Shown here: positions 26,244 through 32,000 of the stretch, one piece after another
Numbering within the stretch: the first letter of the stretch is position 1
How the letters are laid out: each line of letters starts with the position of its first letter
Origin: Candidatus Hadarchaeales archaeon
Lineage (GTDB): Archaea > Hadarchaeota > Hadarchaeia > Hadarchaeales > Hadarchaeaceae
Direction of reading: 5' to 3'
NCBI GenBank assembly: GCA_038823825.1
Contig: JAWBCC010000002.1
Coordinates: 218,630 to 250,629 of the forward strand
DNA: 32,000 bases
Made by a program: the position numbers and the translations under genes
Notes under the pieces: generated by a model
The model's database searches: none
The model's input: only the letters and a program-made list of their open reading frames with translations
Told to the model about the DNA's origin: nothing

Positions 26244-28208
26244 TTAGAAGAATCTTCTCAGGAATACCACGATAGTGATGATTATGATTATCGCTGCGAG
26301 TACGGCAAGAGGCATAACAAGCTCTCTCGGCGGGAGCGAAACCGGTGGAGCGGAGTAGACAATTGTTAGGATTCTCTCCGTCACATTTCCTGCAGGATCA
26401 ACGATTCTGATGCGGAAGACGTTTGTTCCCGGAGAGAGCATGAGTGTCGTGTTGAAGGAGCCGGCGCTCACCGACACTGGGTTTCCGTTTATCGTCATTC
26501 TTGATCCGGGCTCGAGTCTTCCGCTCAGGGTAATGGTGTTCGTGGACGATTCTCCGAACCAGCCAGTTGCTGTCTCTGTCAGGGCAATTCCAGTGATGGT
26601 CAGCTCAAGTGTGGACGGCGTTGTGTCTATGATTATGCGGTAGATTGCGGTTTCACTTTCTCCTCCAGTATCAACAGCTCTCACTCTGAAGATGTATTCC
26701 CCGTCCGGTAGATCGGAGTAAGATGTAGAAGTTTCTGTCGTCGCTTTCCAGCTTTCGTCATAACCGTCAAGGCGATAGTAGTACATCACTGGGCTTGGTC
26801 CGCCTACAGATGTCCATGAGAATGATGGAGAGTTTCGGGAAGTTGGAGTATCTGCTGTAATGTTGCTTGATATTTCGGGCTTCTGCGGAGGATAGAGGTC
26901 TAGCTTCGCCTGAACGGTTGAGTGTGCGGCAGGGTTGGCGTTCCCGACCCCATCCTCCAGCCATAGATATATTGTTCTTACACCCTCTCCTGGCACGGAC
27001 AGGTTTGAAATAATACCCGTTGCCGGTGCGCTCCCGTTGTAGTCTGATGGACTGGTCGGCGGGGAGTCGAATTTGTAGTATGCCATGACTACACCGGACG
27101 GATCAGGAGGATTAGTCCAAGTAAGTGTGAATGAGTTGATTTTTGTCCAGTTGTCTGGGGATATTTGGAGATTGATCGGCGCAGCTGGTGGAATCGTGTC
27201 TACTCTGAAGCTCCAGACAGATGACCATGGGCCATCGTTTCCTGCATTGTCTCTTGCCTTTACCCTCCAGTAGTATACACCGTCCGGAAGGACGGAAGTT
27301 GTGACACTGGAAGTACCTGTTGTTGACCAGACCGTAAGGGTTGTTGTGAATACGAGTGGGGCTGTGAACGTGTTCTCGTTGTCAACCTCTATCGTGTAGA
27401 CGACCGGTAGGGAGTTCTCAAAGACGTTGTTCCAGACGAGAGTGGGTGTGTTATCGTTCGTGTTCTCCCCATCGGGCGGCGAGACGAGAGATGGTGCAGC
27501 TGGTGGAATCGTGTCTACTCTGAAACTCCAGACAGACGACCATCCGCCCTCATTTCCTGCATTGTCTCTAGCTCTCACCCTCCAGTACCAGACTCCATCG
27601 GAAAGATTAGGTGTGGTCCAGTTGTTGTCAGTTATCCAGCCGGAGCTTGCGTTCTCGTACGGGAAGGTTGCATTGTCACTAACGGAGACATAATACCAAA
27701 CAGGTGGAGAGCCGTCAATCAAGCTCTGCCACTGCAGGATTGGTGTGTTATCGTTCGTGTTCTCCCCATTTATTGGGTAAATGAGGGTTGGGATTCCTAT
27801 GTACATATCGACGTCTATCGCATCAGGCTCGGTGTACGGATCCTGTTTTTCACCTCCCAAATTTATGGCATTCTCAACGATAACGTCTACGCCGGAGACC
27901 TCCTCATCAACATCGGCTATGGTGTAGTTTGCCTCGTAAGTCCTTGACGATGTCCACGCTCCAGAGTTGAATGTTAGTGTTCCGGATGCCACTATGTCCG
28001 GATCGAAAGCTATATCCGGATCAACGGAAGTATCCATATCCTCGTTGTATGTTATCGTTATCGTCAGAGTTCCTCCGTCGTCCGATTCTGTTATGAGGTT
28101 GTCGCTTATATTAACCGAAACAACCTGCGGTGCGGCCCGCGATGGACCGGCAAGTATTACCAAGGAAAGAAAGAAAAGAACAGTTGTGAAAAAAGCCATC
28201 TTCCTCAA
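26244..28208 (-). CDS. Secreted, C-terminally anchored multi-domain (Ig/FN3-like) surface protein
   Basis: N-terminal signal FFTTVLFFLSLVILAGPSRAAP, repeated DGENTNDNTPTLVW...DGVYYWRVKARDNAGNDGPWSSVWSFRVDTIPPAAP modules, and C-terminal TM LAVLAAIIIIITIVVFLRRFF. Confidence 0.85.
   Translation of the reverse strand: MRKMAFFTTVLFFLSLVILAGPSRAAPQVVSVNISDNLITESDDGGTLTITITYNEDMDTSVDPDIAFDPDIVASGTLTFNSGAWTSSRTYEANYTIADVDEEVSGVDVIVENAINLGGEKQDPYTEPDAIDVDMYIGIPTLIYPINGENTNDNTPILQWQSLIDGSPPVWYYVSVSDNATFPYENASSGWITDNNWTTPNLSDGVWYWRVRARDNAGNEGGWSSVWSFRVDTIPPAAPSLVSPPDGENTNDNTPTLVWNNVFENSLPVVYTIEVDNENTFTAPLVFTTTLTVWSTTGTSSVTTSVLPDGVYYWRVKARDNAGNDGPWSSVWSFRVDTIPPAAPINLQISPDNWTKINSFTLTWTNPPDPSGVVMAYYKFDSPPTSPSDYNGSAPATGIISNLSVPGEGVRTIYLWLEDGVGNANPAAHSTVQAKLDLYPPQKPEISSNITADTPTSRNSPSFSWTSVGGPSPVMYYYRLDGYDESWKATTETSTSYSDLPDGEYIFRVRAVDTGGESETAIYRIIIDTTPSTLELTITGIALTETATGWFGESSTNTITLSGRLEPGSRMTINGNPVSVSAGSFNTTLMLSPGTNVFRIRIVDPAGNVTERILTIVYSAPPVSLPPRELVMPLAVLAAIIIIITIVVFLRRFF
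27181..27810 (-). repeat. Tandem ~315-bp (105-aa) diverged coding repeats within the surface protein (outer limits approximate)
   Basis: GCAGCTGGTGGAATCGTGTCTACTCTGAA occurs twice 315 bp apart. GTGTGTTATCGTTCGTGTTCTCCCCAT also occurs in both modules. Confidence 0.75.
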
Positions 28209-28406
28209 CAGTTTCTTACCATCGGAGCTGTGGGTTGGATATTTTCTAATACTATTTGTAGAATTGCAACTTGCGAGATTTTCGCAAGATTCTTTTATAC
28301 TATCCCAAGGATAGATAGATTCACCCCTTCCAGCTTAGTTTTTAAAGATATATAAATCCTCCGGCAAACCAAAATAAGCCCGAAAGCGGTGATTTATTGA
28401 GCGAGT

Positions 28407-29435
28407 ATGCTGAGAACAAGGGTCCTCTTTGGTGATATTCAGGAAACGTTGTCGGGTCTCGATCTAAAAGGGAAAGGGCTCCTCTGCTCTCGAAGAAGAC
28501 TCAACTTGAAAATCGCCGATTTGGATTTAGATCTTCTGCCCGTATCTCCCGAACCAACGATTGATGATATCAGGAAGTACCATGTGCAGATACGCGAGAA
28601 AGAGTATGACTATGTGCTTGCGATTGGCGGTGGAAGCGTTATCGACACGGCAAAAATCCTTGCAGCTCTCATGACGAACGACGGAGATCCGGCAGACTTC
28701 GTCGGCGAGGATAGGATAAAAAACGATATCAAAACGCTCATAGCTGCTCCAACTACTCACGGTTCTGGCAGTGAGGTCACAAAGTATGCTGTCATAAAAT
28801 TTAGTGACGCGAAACGCTCCGTTGTCTCCGACAAAATATGTCCGCATTTTGCGATTCTTGACGTAAATTTGGTTATGGGTCTCCCGAGAGATCTCACCCT
28901 TTACACGTCAATCGATGCTTTCTGCCACAACGTGGAGTCCTACTTCACAAAGTTTGCCACACCACTCGTCAATGTCGTCTGCGAGCAAGGCATGAAAAAA
29001 TTCTTTGAGGGGATTGATGGGGCGATGGAAGACAGCAAGCCGGCCAGAGAAAAGATGATGCTTTGCTCCCTTCTCGGCGGAATCGCGATAACTTGGGGAC
29101 AGGCATACCTTATCCATGCTCTCAGTCACGTGATCGGTGCCAGACTGGATCTACCCCACGGTATGGCCAATGCTCTCTTTCTGCCTGGTTTCATAAAATT
29201 TTTCAGAGCTCATCCAAAGATGGGGGAACTTCAAAGGGTTCTGGGTGTTGATGTCGAGAGGGAAATTGAATCCATCTATGAAAGGTATGGCGTGCGCAGT
29301 TTATCGGATTTCGTCACAGAAAACGAGGCGATGGAGATAGCCGAAGATGCATTTAAAAACAGGAGGCTTATGGGCGCGGGCCAAAGGGAAATCACACTGG
29401 AAGAACTCAAAGAAATGGTTCGTTTTTCCCTGTAA
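28407..29435 (+). CDS. Iron-containing alcohol dehydrogenase family protein
   Basis: YDYVLAIGGGSVIDTAKILA, APTTHGSGSEVT, SIDAFCHNVES, and AYLIHALSHVIGARLDLPHGMANA. Confidence 0.88.
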   Translation: MLRTRVLFGDIQETLSGLDLKGKGLLCSRRRLNLKIADLDLDLLPVSPEPTIDDIRKYHVQIREKEYDYVLAIGGGSVIDTAKILAALMTNDGDPADFVGEDRIKNDIKTLIAAPTTHGSGSEVTKYAVIKFSDAKRSVVSDKICPHFAILDVNLVMGLPRDLTLYTSIDAFCHNVESYFTKFATPLVNVVCEQGMKKFFEGIDGAMEDSKPAREKMMLCSLLGGIAITWGQAYLIHALSHVIGARLDLPHGMANALFLPGFIKFFRAHPKMGELQRVLGVDVEREIESIYERYGVRSLSDFVTENEAMEIAEDAFKNRRLMGAGQREITLEELKEMVRFSL

Positions 29436-29437
29436 AC

Positions 29438-30268
29438 TTATCTACTTAGATATCTTCTCGCCAGGAAGATCCCAACCGCTGAAAGTAAAACCGCCAGAAT
29501 ACCGAGATATGTTAGATCGAGCAACAGTGCTCCAGTATCCATCTCAAAAATCGTAAGCTGTCTTATCGCATCGGTTAAATAACTCACGGGATTGATCTTC
29601 GCCACGGTTTGAAGCCAAGAAGGCATCAGAGAGTTTGGGAAGAAGATGTTGCTTGTGAAGACGAGTGGAAGATTTATGAGGTTCACAACGGCCATCGGCG
29701 TTTCAATTTTGGTCGATCTGAGCGTGAAAGAAAGGAAGAGGAAGGAGAGCCCCGTGCTAAAGAGAAAGATAACCGCGTATATTCCGAAAATGTTGAGAGG
29801 TGTGAAAGTCGGGCCAAGTTTCAGCCCGAGAGCCAGAGCGGCCAACAATATGAGTGTTGCTTGAAAGATACTTCTGATCGTCGAGTTTAGAACCTTGGCG
29901 AAGATTATTGCGCTTCTGGGAACCGGTGTGCTGAGGACTTTATCCAGAAATCCCAGTCTTCTATCCCAAACAACAGACATCCCAGTGAACATAGCAGTGA
30001 AAATCACGGTGAAGGATATCATTCCGACAGCCATGTAGGAAAAGTAATCGGAGGTCCCGAATGCGCTCCTCATCATTTGGTCTCTGATTTCCGGTGGAAG
30101 GTTTGATAGAAGTGCTCCTATGTTCATAGATTTGCCGAGAAGCGCCATCCATATGAGTGGTTGAACTATCGTGACGAGAAGAATGAGCGGATCCTTCAAC
30201 CATTTCTTTATCTCTCGTCCGGTGAGGGCCCAGAGCCCGCGGATTGTGTTTTGCCGGAATTCCATCAT
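29438..30268 (-). CDS. ABC-2 type transporter permease (DrrB-like)
   Basis: Six-TM ABC-2 pattern: LVTIVQPLIWMALLGKSM..., VVWDRRLGFLDKVLSTPVPRSAIIFAKVLN, NLPLVFTSNIFFPNSLMPSWLQTVAKINPVSYLTDAIR. Confidence 0.92.
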   Translation of the reverse strand: MMEFRQNTIRGLWALTGREIKKWLKDPLILLVTIVQPLIWMALLGKSMNIGALLSNLPPEIRDQMMRSAFGTSDYFSYMAVGMISFTVIFTAMFTGMSVVWDRRLGFLDKVLSTPVPRSAIIFAKVLNSTIRSIFQATLILLAALALGLKLGPTFTPLNIFGIYAVIFLFSTGLSFLFLSFTLRSTKIETPMAVVNLINLPLVFTSNIFFPNSLMPSWLQTVAKINPVSYLTDAIRQLTIFEMDTGALLLDLTYLGILAVLLSAVGIFLARRYLSR

Positions 30269-31272
30269 GCTCTCGCTCTCCTCATGATCATCCTCAATCT
30301 GCGTGCGTCCTCTCCGGATTCCGCCGAGTCTCTCAAAGATCTCCCAGTGTAGGATAGATAGACTTCGTTCAAACTGGGCTCGGCGAGTGAAATTTTCTTT
30401 ACAGTGAAGTTCTTCTGTCTGAGCGTTTCTATGATTTGGGGAAGCGTGGTCCTCCCGAGCTCGCTCTTGATCCAGTATGTTTTGTCCTCTCTCCAGACAT
30501 CCTTGACGTGTTCAATTTGTCTGATGACTTCTGTGGCATCGGCATCCTCGCCCAGCACCAGAGTTATCATGTCTCCTCCCAAACTTTTCTTCAGCTCACC
30601 CGGGTTTCCGATGACGGCTATCTTACCCTTGTCGATTATCGCTATTCTGTCGCAGAGGGCGTCGGCTTCTTCCAAATAGTGCGTCGTCAGGAAAATCGTC
30701 ATTCCATATTCCTTTTTGAGCTGTCTGATGTAATCCCAGATCGCGTTTCTCGTCTGTATGTCTAACCCAAGCGTCGGTTCGTCAAGGAATAGGATTTTTG
30801 GTCTGTTTATCAGCCCGCATGCGAGCTCCAGCCTTCTTCTCATGCCTCCGGAGTAGGTCTCCACCTTTCTGTCTTTGAATTTTGTGAGTTCGACGAGTTC
30901 CATGAGTTCTTCTCCTCTTTGTCTTGCGATATCCTTTGGAATTCCGTACAAGTCGGCGCAGAGCATCAGGTTTTCCCATCCAGTCAGATCTTCATCAGCT
31001 GTGTACTCCTGTGGGACTACGCCGATGACCTTCCTGACCATCTCCGCCTGTTTTACTATGTCATAGCCCAAGACGGATGCTGTACCCTCGGTTGGTCTGA
31101 GGATGGTTATGAGCATGTTTATCGTGGTTGTTTTTCCTGCTCCATTTGGGCCTAGAAAACCGAAGATTTCCCCATCCAGGACGCTGAAACTTATGTGGTC
31201 GACAGCTATGACGTTTCTGTTGAAGATCTTGGTGAGTCCTTCTGCTTTTATGACTTCGTTCATTTCGGTCAC
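30265..31272 (-). CDS. ABC transporter ATP-binding protein (DrrA-like)
   Basis: Walker A LGPNGAGKTTTINML, YSGGMRRRLELACGLINRPKILFLDEPTLGLD. Confidence 0.94.
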   Translation of the reverse strand: MTEMNEVIKAEGLTKIFNRNVIAVDHISFSVLDGEIFGFLGPNGAGKTTTINMLITILRPTEGTASVLGYDIVKQAEMVRKVIGVVPQEYTADEDLTGWENLMLCADLYGIPKDIARQRGEELMELVELTKFKDRKVETYSGGMRRRLELACGLINRPKILFLDEPTLGLDIQTRNAIWDYIRQLKKEYGMTIFLTTHYLEEADALCDRIAIIDKGKIAVIGNPGELKKSLGGDMITLVLGEDADATEVIRQIEHVKDVWREDKTYWIKSELGRTTLPQIIETLRQKNFTVKKISLAEPSLNEVYLSYTGRSLRDSAESGEDARRLRMIMRRARA

Positions 31273-31275
31273 CTC

Positions 31276-31782
31276 TCAGATTTTTTCGATTTCTTTCGCG
31301 GTCTTCTCAAGTATTTTCAGAATTCTGTCGATTTTCTCCTCGGCATGCTCGTCTAGAGCTGCCTTGGTTACACCTTGTGCGATTCTTTTGACCGTTTTTA
31401 CCATCTCTCCGACTTTGTTTGGTGGAAGCCTCATACAGAGGGGACCGAAGAAGGGTGGAAAGCCCGCCATCATTTTCGATCTGATCGATCTGATTCTTTC
31501 GAGCAGCTTTTTCCCTTCTTTTGTGAGCTCATACCTTTTGATGCCATCCTTGCCGGTCCGTGTCTCTCTGGCATAGCCATTTTTCTTGAGATACCGGAGA
31601 AGCGGGTAGACGGAGCCCGGGAGGGGTCTCCAGGTTCCTCCGGTGATTTTTTCGATCTCGTCCATTATTTCAACACCGGACATCGGCTTTTTGCTTAGGA
31701 GCTCGAGGATCTGATATCTTAGAAAGCCTTTGGGCACGGCAGCCATGTGCCTCTGCCAGTGTTTGCCCCATCTTTCGCTCAT
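31276..31782 (-). CDS. PadR-family transcriptional regulator; start reassigned to ATG 31782
   Basis: LRYQILELLSKKPMSGVEIMDEIEKITGGTWRPLPGSVYPLLRYLKKNGYARETRTGKDGIKRYELTKEGKKLL. Confidence 0.93.
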   Translation of the reverse strand: MSERWGKHWQRHMAAVPKGFLRYQILELLSKKPMSGVEIMDEIEKITGGTWRPLPGSVYPLLRYLKKNGYARETRTGKDGIKRYELTKEGKKLLERIRSIRSKMMAGFPPFFGPLCMRLPPNKVGEMVKTVKRIAQGVTKAALDEHAEEKIDRILKILEKTAKEIEKI

Positions 31783-31784
31783 GA

Positions 31785-31812
31785 ATATCAAATTTGATAT
31801 CAAGCTTGATAT
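31785..31812. promoter_or_regulatory. Two overlapping 16-bp perfect palindromes at the padR transcription/translation start
   Basis: ATATCAAATTTGATAT and ATATCAAGCTTGATAT share the central ATAT. An AT-rich TATA-like TATATAAATAT follows immediately. Confidence 0.65.
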
Positions 31813-32000
31813 ATAAATATTGTTTTCTTATGTGTAATAAATCCGAGTCCACAAAGGGTTAAAATCACACTTCAAAAACCTTTTTTCTACTTCCCCTCTC
31901 TTTTTTCTTGGTGCTGAAGTTAACTTCCTTGATCTTACGGCTTCGCTTTCAAAGGCCCACTAGTTTACCTTACTGGATGGGATCCGCTTTTAGAGGTGGA

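Noticed and set aside
26244-28208. Possible CRISPR or other short repeat array
   Set aside because: The repeated blocks are in-frame coding modules of 315 bp, not short repeats with unique spacers. No CRISPR array or cas gene was seen in the window.
31821-32000. Possible RNA gene or CDS end at the right edge
   Set aside because: No convincing ORF or recognisable structured RNA could be identified in the short remaining sequence.

Overview
This 32-kb window is archaeal. Supporting genes are A/V-type ATPase subunits A and B, the splicing endonuclease EndA, TFB, bpsA, and TATA-box/leaderless promoters. I call about 31 protein genes and one intron-containing tRNA-Trp(CCA). Most are housekeeping, transport or surface genes: trpS-endA, a radical SAM/SPASM gene, speH-bpsA, a pstSCAB operon with a divergent AbrB/PhoU regulator, Mut7-C, AMMECR1, a repeat-rich secreted protein, an iron-type ADH, and a PadR-ABC exporter operon. 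The best candidate for an under-described system is the tight operon at 21971..25177. It encodes a short SMC-family ATPase whose head motifs read like eukaryotic Smc5/6, a protein resembling an Nse4-type kleisin, and a protein resembling an Nse3/MAGE-type tandem winged-helix (kite) subunit. Together these suggest a minimal archaeal Smc5/6-like complex. Also notable are: a 54-nt tRNA-Trp intron that looks like a miniature cis-acting box C/D guide, 3.5 kb from the endA gene needed to splice it; a four-gene membrane cluster with tandem zinc-ribbon/TM/OB-fold proteins, a TctA-like permease and a DUF457-like protein; a 40-codon Cys-rich micro-ORF missing from the ORF track; and an overlapping double palindrome at the padR start. 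All family assignments were made by reading motifs; no database search was possible.
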